Shown one piece after another: positions 47,166 through 57,935 of a DNA stretch of 64,000 bases. The stretch spans positions 832,001 through 896,000 of the forward strand of contig OY970223.1 in NCBI GenBank assembly GCA_963714015.1, read 5' to 3'. A model generated the notes under the pieces. That model had not been told where the DNA came from. It saw nothing but the letters and a program-made list of their open reading frames with translations, and ran no database searches. A program made the translations under genes and the position numbers. Numbering within the stretch: the first letter of the stretch is position 1; every line of letters begins with the position of its first letter. The stretch comes from Vulcanimicrobiota bacterium. GTDB taxonomy: Bacteria; Vulcanimicrobiota; Vulcanimicrobiia; Vulcanimicrobiales; Vulcanimicrobiaceae.

Positions 47166-48887
47166 ATGAAGCGATTTTTGCCTACGCTTCTCGCATGTTC
47201 GCTTCTCGGTGCTTCAGGGCCGGGCGCGTCGTGGCGGCTCCAGCCGCCCGCGTCGGGGGCGCATGCCATGGTGGCGACAGCGCAACATTATGCGACAAAA
47301 GTTGGTCTCGAGGTTCTGCGCGGCGGCGGGAACGCCGTAGACGCGGCCGTCGCCGTCGGATACGCCTTAGCCGTCGTTCATCCGTGCTGCGGGAACATCG
47401 GCGGCGGCGGTTTCATGTTGATTCGCATGCACGGCGGACGCGAGCGTTTCATCGACTTTCGCGAGACGGCGCCTGCTGCAGCACGTTCGAACATGTACCT
47501 CGACGCGCACGGCAACATCGTACCGAATGCCAGCACGCGAGGCTATCTCTCGGCCGGCGTCCCCGGAACGGTGATGGGACTGGACCGAGCGCTGCAAGAG
47601 TTCGGCACGCGCTCGCGCGCAGCGATGATTGCCCCGGCGATCGCGCTCGCGCAAAACGGTTACCGGATCGATCCGGGCGATGCGGCGGTGTTCGCAGGCG
47701 CGGACGATCCTGCTGAAGGCGCCTACCGGTTTTCCGCGCAATCGAACGTGCGCGCGATCTTCATGGCGAACGGCCGTTTGCCGCAAAGCGGAGACGTTAT
47801 CGTTCAGCCGCAGCTCGCCGCCAGTTTGCGCCTCATTGCCCGCAGCGGCGATGCCGCGTTCTATACGGGACCGATCGCGCGCGCAATCGTCGATGCGAGC
47901 CGGCGGAGCGGCGGAATTCTGACGCTTGCGGATTTCGGGAATTATCGCGTTCAGGAACCAAAGCCGGTGCACTGCACGTATCGCGGTTATACAATTGCGT
48001 CGGCACCGCCGCCGAGCTCGGGCGGGACGACGCTGTGCGAAATACTGAATATTACTTCCGGCTATCCGCTTGGGTCGTGGGACTGGAACACGGTGAACAG
48101 CGTACATTACATAGTGGAAGCCGAACGCCGCGCATACGCCGATCGCAATACGTATCTGGGCGATCCTTCGTTCGTCAAAAATCCGCTCGGGCGGCTGCTT
48201 TCACTGCAATACGCGGCGCATCTGCGCTCGGAGATCGATCCGCAGCGCGCTACGCCCTCGGTTGACGTTCATCCGGGCCTTGGGCCGGTGGCGTTCGAGC
48301 ACAACGATACGACGCATTATTCGATCGTCGATCGCTCGGGCAATGCCGTCGCGGTGACGTACACAATCAACGACGATTTCGGAGCGCACGTCATCGCCGG
48401 AAAAACCGGATTCTTTCTGAACGACGAGATGGACGATTTCACGAGTAAACCCGGCGTGCCGAATCTCTACGGTTTGGTTCAGGGCGTCCGCAACGACATT
48501 CAACCCGGAAAGCGGCCGCTTTCGTCGATGGCGCCGACGATCGTTACGAAGAACGGCAGCGTGTTCATGGTGACGGGAAGTCCGGGCGGATCGCGCATCA
48601 TCACGATCACGCTAGACACGATCCAGAACGTGATCGATTATGGGATGAACGTTCAGCAAGCCGTAAATGCACCGCGCATTCACATGCAGTGGCTTCCGGA
48701 TGTGATCGAATACGAACCGGGAGCGCTTTTCACCGAGACGATAGACGCCCTAAACAAACGCGGATATTCGTTCCGGCAAGTTCCATCGTGGGGTACTGCC
48801 GAAGCGATCGTCATCGATCCGCGTACGGGAATCCGTTACGGCGGCGCCGACCGGCGTTCGCCGCAGGGACTCGCGGCGGGATACTGA
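47166..48887 (+). CDS. ggt: Gamma-glutamyltransferase (exported)
   Basis: GGNAVDAAVA; IGGGGF; IDFRE; TTHYS nucleophile; LNDEMDDF; PGKRPLSSMAP; GSPGG. Confidence 0.96.
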   Translation: MKRFLPTLLACSLLGASGPGASWRLQPPASGAHAMVATAQHYATKVGLEVLRGGGNAVDAAVAVGYALAVVHPCCGNIGGGGFMLIRMHGGRERFIDFRETAPAAARSNMYLDAHGNIVPNASTRGYLSAGVPGTVMGLDRALQEFGTRSRAAMIAPAIALAQNGYRIDPGDAAVFAGADDPAEGAYRFSAQSNVRAIFMANGRLPQSGDVIVQPQLAASLRLIARSGDAAFYTGPIARAIVDASRRSGGILTLADFGNYRVQEPKPVHCTYRGYTIASAPPPSSGGTTLCEILNITSGYPLGSWDWNTVNSVHYIVEAERRAYADRNTYLGDPSFVKNPLGRLLSLQYAAHLRSEIDPQRATPSVDVHPGLGPVAFEHNDTTHYSIVDRSGNAVAVTYTINDDFGAHVIAGKTGFFLNDEMDDFTSKPGVPNLYGLVQGVRNDIQPGKRPLSSMAPTIVTKNGSVFMVTGSPGGSRIITITLDTIQNVIDYGMNVQQAVNAPRIHMQWLPDVIEYEPGALFTETIDALNKRGYSFRQVPSWGTAEAIVIDPRTGIRYGGADRRSPQGLAAGY

Positions 48888-48925
48888 ACGCACTCCGCCT
48901 TCGCTCTTGTTTTGGGAGAATGATG

Positions 48926-49858
48926 ATGCGCGTCAACGTTGCAGCCGCTGCCCTTTGCCTCGCGGGCTTCACGGCCTGCGGTGGAGCGTTCGCCCCCACT
49001 CAAGTGTTGCATACGGCGGCGTTTCGCCAAGCGCAGCCGGCCGGAAGCGGTTGGAAGAGTCTCGCGCCGTTGCCCAAGGCGGTGTATCTGGCTGCAGGCG
49101 CCGCGACCGGTGGTAAACTGTATGTCTTCGGCGGCGAAACGTTTACCGGTCCGGCTTTCGTCTACGATCCCGCGACCAACGTGTGGTCGCACGAGCACGC
49201 GATGCCGGTCATCGAGCACGGTGCTTCGGCGCAAGCGGTGAACGGCACCATCTACGTGCTCGGCGGCTCCAACAAGAACGGCCCGAATAACGAGGTGCAG
49301 GCGTACGATCCAACGACGAACTCGTGGACCGCGCGCTCGCCGATGATCGCAGCTCGTTACACCGGTGCATCCGCCGTCGTGAACGGAATGATCTACGCGA
49401 TCGGCGGAGAGAACGATCGGAATCAAGTCGTCAGCTCGGCCGAGACGTACAACCCGGCGACGAACAAGTGGAGCGCGATTGCGTCGATGCCTGCCCCGCA
49501 GATGTGGCTCGGCGCGACGGCGGTCGGCAAAGTGATTTACGTGACGGGCAACGGCAAGCGATTCCTTTACGCGTACGACACTGCGACCAAGAAGTGGTCG
49601 GAGAAGACGCCGCCGCCCGTCAAACTCTTCGATCCCGGGCTCGTAACCCTCAAAGGGTTAGTCTATGCTATCGGCGGCGGCACGAACTCGGCGAACGTGT
49701 TTGCGTATAATCCCGCCACGGACAAATGGGGTCAAAAGCCTTCGCTGCCGGTAGACGTCTACGGACCAGCGGTCGGAACGATAAACGGCACGCTTTATGC
49801 CGCAGGCGGATCGGAGTCGCAAAACGCGGTGACCAACGTGGAGTCTTATACGCCCTAG
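48926..49858 (+). CDS. Kelch-repeat lipoprotein
   Basis: FTAC lipobox; six Kelch blades (LYVFGG...YDPATNVW and similar). Confidence 0.9.
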   Translation: MRVNVAAAALCLAGFTACGGAFAPTQVLHTAAFRQAQPAGSGWKSLAPLPKAVYLAAGAATGGKLYVFGGETFTGPAFVYDPATNVWSHEHAMPVIEHGASAQAVNGTIYVLGGSNKNGPNNEVQAYDPTTNSWTARSPMIAARYTGASAVVNGMIYAIGGENDRNQVVSSAETYNPATNKWSAIASMPAPQMWLGATAVGKVIYVTGNGKRFLYAYDTATKKWSEKTPPPVKLFDPGLVTLKGLVYAIGGGTNSANVFAYNPATDKWGQKPSLPVDVYGPAVGTINGTLYAAGGSESQNAVTNVESYTP

Positions 49859-49921
49859 CCGCGGGCCGGGAGGGCCTCCTTCGAGGTCAAATCCCGCAAC
49901 GGCGGGTAACAACTGCCTGTT

Positions 49922-50779
49922 ATGGAGAGTCTTTCCCCCAAGCGCCTGACCGAACTCAAAGAGCAGGCCAATCTCTGCCGTCAGGGGATCATCCGTTCGC
50001 TCCTCGCGGCGGGATCCGGACATTCCGCCGGACCGCTGGACATGGCGGACATCTTTACAGCGCTCTATCAGCACGTGATGCGCCACGATCCTAATAATCC
50101 GCAGTGGCCGGATCGCGACCGGCTGCTGCTTTCGTGCGGCCACATCACGCCGGTGCGTTACAGTGCGATGGCGTATGCGGGATATTTTCCGGTCGAAGAA
50201 TTGCTCACGCTGCGCAAGTTCGGATCGCGGCTGCAAGGTCATCCGGAGCGCGTGCGGCTGCCGGCGCTCGAAACGACGTCGGGTCCGCTCGGCGAAGGTT
50301 TGGCGCAGGGCACGGGCATGGCGCTCGCCGCGAAGATGGACGGTAAAGAATGGCGCGTCTACGTCGTCACGTCCGATGCGGAGCATCAATGCGGACTGCA
50401 TTGGGAAGCGGTGATGACTGCCGCAAAATTCAAGTTGAATAATCTGATCAACATCATCGATCGAAACTTCATACAGATAGACGGCAGCACCGAAGACGTG
50501 ATGCCGCTCGAGCCGCTCGCCGATAAGTATCGCGCGTTCAATTGGAACGTGCTCGAGTGCGACGGCAACGACATCGCGCAGTTCATCGCGACCGTCGGCA
50601 AAGCGCATGCATCGAAGGACAAGCCCAGCGTGATTATCGCGCATACCATCCCGGGCAAGGGCGTTGCGTATATGGAAGGCGATTACACTTGGCACGGCAA
50701 GCCGCCCAATAAAGATCAAGCCGACGAAGCGCTGCGCGAACTCGAAGCCGATCGGGAAAGGATCCTGGCCAATGCGTAG
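49922..50779 (+). CDS. Transketolase, N-terminal (TPP-binding) subunit
   Basis: GSGH; DRLLLSCGH; LQGHP; SGPLGEG; SDAE variant of the GDGE motif; TIPGKG; WHGK. Confidence 0.92.
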   Translation: MESLSPKRLTELKEQANLCRQGIIRSLLAAGSGHSAGPLDMADIFTALYQHVMRHDPNNPQWPDRDRLLLSCGHITPVRYSAMAYAGYFPVEELLTLRKFGSRLQGHPERVRLPALETTSGPLGEGLAQGTGMALAAKMDGKEWRVYVVTSDAEHQCGLHWEAVMTAAKFKLNNLINIIDRNFIQIDGSTEDVMPLEPLADKYRAFNWNVLECDGNDIAQFIATVGKAHASKDKPSVIIAHTIPGKGVAYMEGDYTWHGKPPNKDQADEALRELEADRERILANA

Positions 50780-51773
50780 CAACGTCTTGAACGGCGCCGC
50801 TGCAATGCACCTTGCCGATCTCGCCGATCCGAAGACCGTCAAGCAAGTTCCGACTCGCAACGGCTTCGGCGAAGGGTTGGTCGAAGCCGGAAAAGCCGAT
50901 CGAAACGTTATCGGCATTTGCGCGGACCTTTCCGAATCGACGCGCATGCTCGGCTTTAAAGAAGCTTGTCCCGATCAGTACATCGAGATCGGCGTTTCGG
51001 AACAGTTGCTCGTGGCGATGGCGGGCGGTCTCGCGAGCGTCGGCAAGATTCCGTGGATTGCCAGTTACGCGATGTTCAATCCCGGGCGATCGTGGGAGCA
51101 AGTTCGCACGATCATGGCGCTCAACGAGACCAACGTCAAGATTGCGGGCGCACACGCCGGCGTCTCCGTCGGACCCGACGGCGCGACGCACCAAGCGATT
51201 GAAGACATCGCCATCATGCGCGTCATCCCGCATATGACCGTCGTCGTGCCGTGCGACTCGGTGCAGACCAAGAAGGCCACGCTGGCGCTGACGAAGATGA
51301 ACGGCCCGGTATACTTGCGCTTTGCTCGCGAGAAATCGCCCATCGTGACGACCGAAGAGACGCCGTTCGAGATTGGCAAAGCACAGGTGCTTCGCGAAGG
51401 CAAGGACGTGGCTATCGTCGCCTGCGGAATTCTTGTGTACAACGCGCTGATTGCGGCGCAGCGTTTAGCCGCCGAAGGCATCGATTGCATGGTGATAAAC
51501 AACCACACCGTCAAACCGATGGACGAACCCGCGGTTATCGAAGCGGCACGCACCTGCGGTGCGATTGTGACCGTCGAAGAGCACCAAGTCCACGGCGGGA
51601 TGGGCTCGCGCGTCGCCGAGATCCTCGCTGCCAACGTACCCGTTCCGATCGAGTTCGTCGGCGTCAACGATCAATTCGGACAATCCGGCGATCCGGTCGA
51701 ACTCATCGAACACTACGGCATGGGAACGAAATCGATCATCGCGGCCGCCCGCAGAGTAAAATCGCGCAAGTGA
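50772..51773 (+). CDS. Transketolase, C-terminal subunit
   Basis: ADLSEST; GVSEQ; GPDGATHQAIED; GPVYLRF; VEEHQ. Confidence 0.93.
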   Translation: MRSNVLNGAAAMHLADLADPKTVKQVPTRNGFGEGLVEAGKADRNVIGICADLSESTRMLGFKEACPDQYIEIGVSEQLLVAMAGGLASVGKIPWIASYAMFNPGRSWEQVRTIMALNETNVKIAGAHAGVSVGPDGATHQAIEDIAIMRVIPHMTVVVPCDSVQTKKATLALTKMNGPVYLRFAREKSPIVTTEETPFEIGKAQVLREGKDVAIVACGILVYNALIAAQRLAAEGIDCMVINNHTVKPMDEPAVIEAARTCGAIVTVEEHQVHGGMGSRVAEILAANVPVPIEFVGVNDQFGQSGDPVELIEHYGMGTKSIIAAARRVKSRK

Positions 51774-51812
51774 TATACTTTTTGCGGAACTGCGCCCGCT
51801 TGTAACCAGCGC

Positions 51813-51848
51813 AAAAAAGAAGAAAGCCCGCTATCGAACGAGCGGGCT
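51813..51848 (-). terminator. Intrinsic terminator of rpsO
   Basis: AGCCCGCT/AGCGGGCT stem (51825-51848) with an adjacent A-rich tract (U-tract on the minus strand). Confidence 0.75.
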
Positions 51849-51871
51849 CTCTGTACTGAGTAACGAGAAAA

Positions 51872-52141
51872 TTAGCGGCGCAGACCCAAGTCGGAAATCA
51901 GCTTGCGGTAACGCTCGAGGTCCTTGTCCTGAAGATAATTGAGCAGGCGGCGGCGCTGACCGACTTGCAGCAGCAGGCCGCGGCGGCTGTGGTGATCCTT
52001 CTTGTGAATCTTCAGGTGCTCGGTGAGCTGATTGATTGACGCGGTCAGAATGGCGACCTGCACGTCGGCCGAACCGGTGTCCGACGACGAGCGGCCGAAT
52101 TTAGCGGCGATCTCCGCTTTTTGTTCTTTGGACAGGGGCAC
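51872..52141 (-). CDS. rpsO: 30S ribosomal protein S15
   Basis: [44 protein letters not shown]; 89 aa. Confidence 0.99.
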   Translation of the reverse strand: MPLSKEQKAEIAAKFGRSSSDTGSADVQVAILTASINQLTEHLKIHKKDHHSRRGLLLQVGQRRRLLNYLQDKDLERYRKLISDLGLRR

Positions 52142-52223
52142 GTGTAAGAGACTCCTCGTTCAAGGATGGGCTCGCTTCCGGTACAGACTGGGAGTCCGTC
52201 CGGGCGACCGGGGAATCATACCA
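52142..52223 (-). promoter_or_regulatory. rpsO extended -10 promoter and structured leader
   Basis: TGgTATGAT (52223-52215); long hairpin at 52209-52168; GACUCC in the hairpin top is complementary to GGAGUC at the SD. Confidence 0.65.
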
Positions 52224-52260
52224 GAGGTTCCGGCGGACGCGCAACATAGCTAGGCGCCTG

Positions 52261-53103
52261 ATGGAGTTTTCTTACGAAAAACCGCTTGAGGGCGTCCGCG
52301 TTCTGGCGCTCGTAACGAACGTCCCCGGCCCGATTGCCGCCGCGAGCCTCGCCCGCCTTGGAGCCGAGGTGACTAAAGTCGAGTCGCCGGCGGGAGATTC
52401 CCTCGAACCGGCCGCGGCCCGGTGGTATGCCGAGATCGTGCGCGACCTGCGAGTGCTGCGCCTGGACCTCAAGTGCGCGTCCGCGACATTGCTTGCCGAA
52501 CTCGCCAAGGCGGATGTGCTGATCACCGCAATGCGCGCGCGTTCCCTCAAAGGTGCGGGGCTAGAATGGGGCGAGTTGCATGCAAAGTTTCCGCGGCTCG
52601 CTCACGTCGCCATCGTCGGCGAAGCGGCTCCGAACGACGATCGCGCAGGCCACGATTTGACCTATCAAGCACGCGCAAATCTCATTGCGCCGCCGGCCAT
52701 GCCGCGCACGCTTTTTGCGGATATGTTCGCGGCGGAACGGACCGTTGCGGCTGCACTTCTTGCGCTATACGAACGGGAACGAACCGGCGCCGGCAGCCGG
52801 CATGAGATCGCCATCGCGGACGGCGCACGTGTTCTGTCGGATCCCGTTCGCCATGGCCTCACTTCTGCGGAAGGTGCGTTGGGCGGCGGCTTTGCCGGGT
52901 ACGCGATCTATCGGACCGCCGACGGATGGATTGCCTTGGCTGCGCTCGAGCCGCATTTTCAACAGCGGCTCTTGCGCGCGCTCGATTTGCCCGCGATCGA
53001 TGCGGCAGCATTGCGTAAGCGCTTTGCCGAACGCGAGAACGCGTACTGGGAAATGCTCGCCGGGAAAGAGGATCTGCCATTAGCGACGATCGCCGCGCCG
53101 TAA
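52261..53103 (+). CDS. CoA-transferase family III (CaiB/BaiF)
   Basis: PLEGVRVL...PGP...LGAEVTKVESP.GD; LDLK; AGHDLTY; YRTADG...ALEPHF. Confidence 0.9.
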   Translation: MEFSYEKPLEGVRVLALVTNVPGPIAAASLARLGAEVTKVESPAGDSLEPAAARWYAEIVRDLRVLRLDLKCASATLLAELAKADVLITAMRARSLKGAGLEWGELHAKFPRLAHVAIVGEAAPNDDRAGHDLTYQARANLIAPPAMPRTLFADMFAAERTVAAALLALYERERTGAGSRHEIAIADGARVLSDPVRHGLTSAEGALGGGFAGYAIYRTADGWIALAALEPHFQQRLLRALDLPAIDAAALRKRFAERENAYWEMLAGKEDLPLATIAAP

Positions 53104-53120
53104 TCGTCGCCAGATCCGGC

Positions 53121-54257
53121 ATGAAGTTAGCGCACGTGCTCTGCTTCCTGGCATTGGCCGCTTGCAGCGCCTCACAAATGAGGGCAAGCGTTACAATGTA
53201 TAAGCCGTCAAGCGGTTCGACCCCCAGTATTCCCTTGGCACTGTCTTCGGGCACCGCGTGGTACGGGGATTCAAACTACACGACGATCGTCCCGTTTAAT
53301 ACCTTGACACATGCATTCGGAAAGCCGATTCCCGATCCGACCGTCATACCGTATAGCCATGCCGTCCTTGAGAATGCGTCCGCAAATGTCTTGACGGGAG
53401 CGCCGCTCGCACCGAATTCTCTCGCGCGCGACGCAGGCGGAAATCTCTGGGGAGTTGGATACGCCGACAAGCGATTAGGACTCTCTCAAGACGCTTCGAC
53501 TTCGGCAATCGTCGAGTACGATCCAGCCGGATCATCGCGCGCGTTCTCCATCTCTCCGCTTTATACGCCGGGGTCTCTCACGGTTGATGGCCCGAACGGC
53601 CCGCCCTGGTCTATGGTTTGGACAGATGGAACGACGGCCGCGGTGGTTCAGCTGAATGCAAACGGGTCGATTACACCCAAATTTACCGTCGCATCGAGTA
53701 AATTACCGGCTCAGTACTCCCTTGTGCGATATGCGAAGTTCGGAACGAACGGCATCGTTTGGCTGCTAAGTGATGAGGTTACTCACACAAGGATTACTCA
53801 ATGGGTATTGGGTTCTCACAGGACAACCCACATCTCGCTTCCGGTGCATGGCTATCCGGGGGGCGCAGCCCTTACGACTGCACCGGATGGTTCGGCGTGG
53901 GTAATCGCCCAAGAAATGTACGGCCCCGAACACGGTCCAACGCATTTCTATCGCGTAACACCCGCAGGTGACGTTACGACGTACGCGGTTCCCGCGTTGA
54001 ATTCGCGCAACACCAGCCCCGCAACAATATTTTGGGCGAACGGTTTCGTCTGGGGCGTAGCTACCACCGATTTCGGTCCGGATGTCGGCAACGCATATCT
54101 TCTTCGAGTCGATCCTTCAGGCACTGTTACGCAAGCAGCCGTCGCGAACGCACGCGGTGCGATTGCGGAAGTTGGGCCGTCCATTGCCGGCCCGGGTGAC
54201 GAAGCGTTCCTAAGCGGCTCGTCCGGAGCGCTTCCTGAACTCCACTTCGCGCCGTAG
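53121..54257 (+). CDS. Hypothetical beta-propeller lipoprotein (Vgb-like blades)
   Basis: LAAC lipobox; [19 protein letters not shown] and [11 protein letters not shown] repeats. Confidence 0.7.
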   Translation: MKLAHVLCFLALAACSASQMRASVTMYKPSSGSTPSIPLALSSGTAWYGDSNYTTIVPFNTLTHAFGKPIPDPTVIPYSHAVLENASANVLTGAPLAPNSLARDAGGNLWGVGYADKRLGLSQDASTSAIVEYDPAGSSRAFSISPLYTPGSLTVDGPNGPPWSMVWTDGTTAAVVQLNANGSITPKFTVASSKLPAQYSLVRYAKFGTNGIVWLLSDEVTHTRITQWVLGSHRTTHISLPVHGYPGGAALTTAPDGSAWVIAQEMYGPEHGPTHFYRVTPAGDVTTYAVPALNSRNTSPATIFWANGFVWGVATTDFGPDVGNAYLLRVDPSGTVTQAAVANARGAIAEVGPSIAGPGDEAFLSGSSGALPELHFAP

Positions 54258-54334
54258 TCGACACCCCGCCGCCCCAAAAGATCGCGTGCGACGCGTTTGG
54301 ACCTTTAGAAGCATTCCCATGCGCCCGAAGCGCC

Positions 54335-54430
54335 TTGAATCTCGAAATCGCGATCCGCAAGGTGCTGCAGTGCGCGACCCTGCGATTCCAGGACATCGAT
54401 CTCTTCGAGGTCAATGAGGCGTTTGCCGGC
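54335..54430 (+). pseudogene. Remnant of a thiolase (acetyl-CoA acyltransferase) gene
   Basis: AIRKVL......[12 protein letters not shown] (54392-54427) is the thiolase C-terminal signature; the rest of the gene is absent. Confidence 0.75.
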
Positions 54431-54514
54431 GTCTGCCGGCGTGGATGCGCTACTTGCATGCGGACCGCATGGCGAACGCAACGATATTGGAACGACTGGA
54501 GTAGGCCGGCACTT

Positions 54515-55270
54515 ATGCAACTGAAAGACAAAACGTTTCTCATCACCGGCGGCGCTTCGGGCCTTGGAGCCGCGTGTGCGCGCGAATTCGCCGGCGCAGG
54601 CGCCAACGTCGTCATCTGCGACATCAACGAGCCGCGCGAGTCGCCCGATGCCTCGCGCGTGTTCTTTCAAAAGACCGACGTCACGAGCGAGCAGAGCGTT
54701 CAGAGCGCCATCGACGCCGCAACCGGTAAATTCGGCGGACTGAGCGGCGCAATCAACTGCGCCGGCATCGCTACGGCAGAGCGCGTCGTCGGACGAGACG
54801 GACCGCAGCCTTTAGATCATTTCAGCAAAGTGATCTCGGTGAACCTCATCGGCACGTTTAACGTGATCCGGCTCGTCGCCGCGAAAATGATGCAAACGAC
54901 CGTAGAACCGGGCGAAGATCGCGGCGTCATCATCTGCACGGCGTCCGTTGCTGCATTCGACGGTCAAGTGGGGCAGGCGGCGTATTCCGCGTCGAAAGGC
55001 GGCGTGGTTGCTATGACGCTGGCCATCGCTCGGGAATTTGCTCAGCATCAGATTCGCGTCATGAGCATTGCACCGGGCATCTTCGACACGCCGATGATGG
55101 CCGGTTTGCCCGAAGCCGCGCGTGAGTCCCTCGGCAAACAGACGCCATTTCCGGCGCGTTTAGGCCGTCCGCCGGAATATGCGGCACTCGCGCGTCACAT
55201 CGTCGAGAATCAAATGCTCAACGGCGAGGTGATCCGCCTGGACGGCGCAATCCGCCTCGCCCCTCGCTAA
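54515..55270 (+). CDS. 3-hydroxyacyl-CoA dehydrogenase type II (HSD17B10-like SDR)
   Basis: [61 protein letters not shown]. Confidence 0.93.
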   Translation: MQLKDKTFLITGGASGLGAACAREFAGAGANVVICDINEPRESPDASRVFFQKTDVTSEQSVQSAIDAATGKFGGLSGAINCAGIATAERVVGRDGPQPLDHFSKVISVNLIGTFNVIRLVAAKMMQTTVEPGEDRGVIICTASVAAFDGQVGQAAYSASKGGVVAMTLAIAREFAQHQIRVMSIAPGIFDTPMMAGLPEAARESLGKQTPFPARLGRPPEYAALARHIVENQMLNGEVIRLDGAIRLAPR

Positions 55271-55331
55271 CATCCGCAGATCTGCCGTGCGCTGAAAGCG
55301 GCAACGTGCTGCTCAGGATGGCCCGAGCAGA

Positions 55332-55712
55332 TTAGGTGTTTTTCACCGGAGTAGGCCGCCCTTCGCGGTCGATTGCAACCATGACGAACTTCCCAACGGT
55401 GGAAAGCCGCCTCTCCCCGGTGCCCGGAATCTCGCCCCATAGTTCGACTTCGACGGTTACCGACGTGCGCCCGACGGAAACGACTCGCGCGATCGTCTCG
55501 ACGAAATCTCCTTCGCGAATCGGAGATTTGAAGTCGACGCGATCGATCGACGCAGTTACGACGGGCTTATGGGCGGCGCGCATAGCGGCGATCGAAGCGA
55601 CGACGTCCATCATCGCGACGGCTTTGCCGCCGAAGAGCGTGCCGTAGTGGTTGACGTCCGTGGGAAAGACGATTTCGGTACGTTTCTCCACGATTGGTTC
55701 GGGCTGATCCAT
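55332..55712 (-). CDS. Acyl-CoA thioesterase (hotdog fold, YciA-like)
   Basis: VFPTDVNHYGTLFGG..MD; VVTAS; GRTS; FVMVAID. Confidence 0.93.
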   Translation of the reverse strand: MDQPEPIVEKRTEIVFPTDVNHYGTLFGGKAVAMMDVVASIAAMRAAHKPVVTASIDRVDFKSPIREGDFVETIARVVSVGRTSVTVEVELWGEIPGTGERRLSTVGKFVMVAIDREGRPTPVKNT

Positions 55713-55753
55713 CGGCGCGATGATTCCCTTTAGAAAGCGGGAATCCCACCCGC

Positions 55754-56524
55754 ATGGATCTGCAGATAAGAAATCGCGTTGCGCTGATCACGGGCGCGAG
55801 CTCGGGGCTGGGGCAAGCATGCGCATATGCGCTGGCGTCAGAAGGCGCGCGTGTAGCAGTTGCCGCGCGCCGCATGCCGGAGCTGCAGCAGACCGCTGCG
55901 CGAGCTCGCGAACTCGGCGCGGCGGACGCGGCCGCGTTTGCCGTCGATTTGACCGACGCTGCCTCAATCGATCGACTGGCGAGCGACGTGCGCGAAGCGT
56001 TCGGCGAGGTCGATATTCTCGTTGCCAACAGCGGCGGTCCGAAAGCGGGAACGTTCACGCAGGTATCGCCGGATGATTGGGACACTGCGTACCGCGGCGT
56101 GCTGCGCAGCCTACTGCAGCTGATCGACGGGGTGCTTCCGGGCATGCGCGAGCGCAAGTGGGGTCGCATCGTCGCGCTCACCTCAACGTCGGTAAAACAA
56201 CCCATCGCGACGCTGGCGCTCTCGAACATGTTCCGCACGGCTTTGGTCTCGGGTCTAAAAACGCTCGCTGGAGAAGTCGCCGGCGACGGCGTGACGGTTA
56301 ACGCGATCGCGACGGGCCGCATCGAAACCGACCGGCTGCGGTCGCTTTACGGCGGGAGCGATTCTGCACTGGAAAAGGCCGGAAAAGAAGTGCCTATCGG
56401 CCGCGTCGCGCAGCCGGATGAGTTTGCGCCGCTGGTCGCGTTTTTGTGCAGCGAGGGCGCGCGTTACATCACCGGTCAGACGATAGCCGTCGACGGCGGC
56501 CTCATTGCGGGGCTGTTCGGATGA
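55754..56524 (+). CDS. Short-chain dehydrogenase/reductase (atypical active site)
   Basis: [32 protein letters not shown]. Confidence 0.93.
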   Translation: MDLQIRNRVALITGASSGLGQACAYALASEGARVAVAARRMPELQQTAARARELGAADAAAFAVDLTDAASIDRLASDVREAFGEVDILVANSGGPKAGTFTQVSPDDWDTAYRGVLRSLLQLIDGVLPGMRERKWGRIVALTSTSVKQPIATLALSNMFRTALVSGLKTLAGEVAGDGVTVNAIATGRIETDRLRSLYGGSDSALEKAGKEVPIGRVAQPDEFAPLVAFLCSEGARYITGQTIAVDGGLIAGLFG

Positions 56525-57038
56525 TCTGCGCAGGCACGGAATCGGGCGGCCGCAATTGACGCTGCCACCACGCCGTGTCGTGCCATTTGCCGAATTTGAA
56601 GCCCACGTTGCGATAGATTCCCACGAGTTCGAAACCGAAGAACTCGTGCAATGCGACGCTGGCGTCGTTGGGCAGGCCGATGCCCGCGAACGCGTTGTAA
56701 AATCCGCGGCCGGTCAGTTGCTTCAGCAGTTCTGCGTAGAGCGCTTTGCCGGCTCCCTTTCCACGAAAATTTTCGGCGACGTACACGGATGTGTCGACCG
56801 ACCAGCGATACGCGGCTCGGCTGCGATGTTGACTGCCGTATGCGTATCCGCATACGGATCCGGCGTATTGCGCGATAAGGTACGGGTAGCCCGCGCCGAT
56901 GCGCGCAATGCGTTCGCGCATCTCGGCTTCATCCGGAGCCGTCTCTTCGAAAGAGATGAACGTTTGCTCGACGATCGGCGCGTAGATTGCCGCGACGGCG
57001 GCCGCGTCGCCGGGCGTAGCCTGTCTAATCTCAAACAT
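56502..57038 (-). CDS. GNAT N-acetyltransferase, phosphinothricin/methionine-sulfoximine (YncA/Pat) family
   Basis: [50 protein letters not shown]. Confidence 0.93.
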   Translation of the reverse strand: MFEIRQATPGDAAAVAAIYAPIVEQTFISFEETAPDEAEMRERIARIGAGYPYLIAQYAGSVCGYAYGSQHRSRAAYRWSVDTSVYVAENFRGKGAGKALYAELLKQLTGRGFYNAFAGIGLPNDASVALHEFFGFELVGIYRNVGFKFGKWHDTAWWQRQLRPPDSVPAQIIRTAPQ

Positions 57039-57093
57039 AGCCTGCAAAAACCGTTGCGCCGCGCGCGGATACTGCGTAGCATAGGTATTCGGT

Positions 57094-57435
57094 ATGCTGG
57101 AGCCTTCGGATTCGCCTTCGTTTACTTGCCTTGCCCGCGCGGGAGACGTTCCGCCCGGCACAGGGCGTTCGTTTTCGCTCGGCCGTTACGAGATCGCGCT
57201 TTTCAACATCGGCGGTGACTTCTACGCGCTCGAAAACAACTGCCCGCATCAGGGAGGCCCGATTGCGGACGGCTGGCTCGAAGGCACCACGGTGACTTGT
57301 CCCTGGCACGGATGGTGCTTCGACGTGCCCAGCGGTAAGATGACGCTCGGAGACTTTGCGCGCGTCACCAAATTCGCGGTGCGGCGCGAAGGCGAAGACA
57401 TCTACGTGAGCAACGAACCGGTCGAGGTGCCATGA
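57094..57435 (+). CDS. Rieske [2Fe-2S] ferredoxin
   Basis: CPH...CPWHGWCFD motifs. Confidence 0.93.
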   Translation: MLEPSDSPSFTCLARAGDVPPGTGRSFSLGRYEIALFNIGGDFYALENNCPHQGGPIADGWLEGTTVTCPWHGWCFDVPSGKMTLGDFARVTKFAVRREGEDIYVSNEPVEVP

Positions 57436-57935
57436 GCGATCGCGCGGCGTGGGACGGCGTATTGGGGACCGCCGGCGGTCCCGAATTCGGCAAAGCATTA
57501 CAGGCATATGCGCAAGAACGTGACGTACAGATCGAACGTTTGGCGCAAGCATGCGAATTAGATGTTGGCACGTTTGAAGAAGTGCTGCTCGGCAACCGCC
57601 GCGTCGGCATAAGTGCGCTTGCGCGCATGATCGTGGCGCTGCGTTCGCGGCCGATCGAGTTCATGCAGCGCACCGGCATGCTATCGTTAGAGGTTTACGC
57701 CGCCGGCCTCGACCCATTGTACTTTTTACCGGACGGCCAGATCCGCTATGACGCGCGCATCTACATGCGCGAGATCAATCCGCGGCATCAAGTTCCTGAA
57801 GGCGACATGACCAAACGGAATCCCGCGCTGAAGACCCTCACCGAAGATTCGCTGCTCGACGCAACCGGCAAGGTCGAGCTCGAACTCGCATATCTTTTAC
57901 GTTTGGCGGTTCAGCACACGGGCGGAACGCTCTAG
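57432..57935 (+). CDS. Hypothetical protein with XRE/Cro-like N-terminal helical bundle
   Basis: FGKALQAYAQERDVQIERLAQACELDVGTFEEVLLGNRR..ISALARMIVAL; ATGA overlap with the Rieske gene; GAGG SD. Confidence 0.7.
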   Translation: MSDRAAWDGVLGTAGGPEFGKALQAYAQERDVQIERLAQACELDVGTFEEVLLGNRRVGISALARMIVALRSRPIEFMQRTGMLSLEVYAAGLDPLYFLPDGQIRYDARIYMREINPRHQVPEGDMTKRNPALKTLTEDSLLDATGKVELELAYLLRLAVQHTGGTL

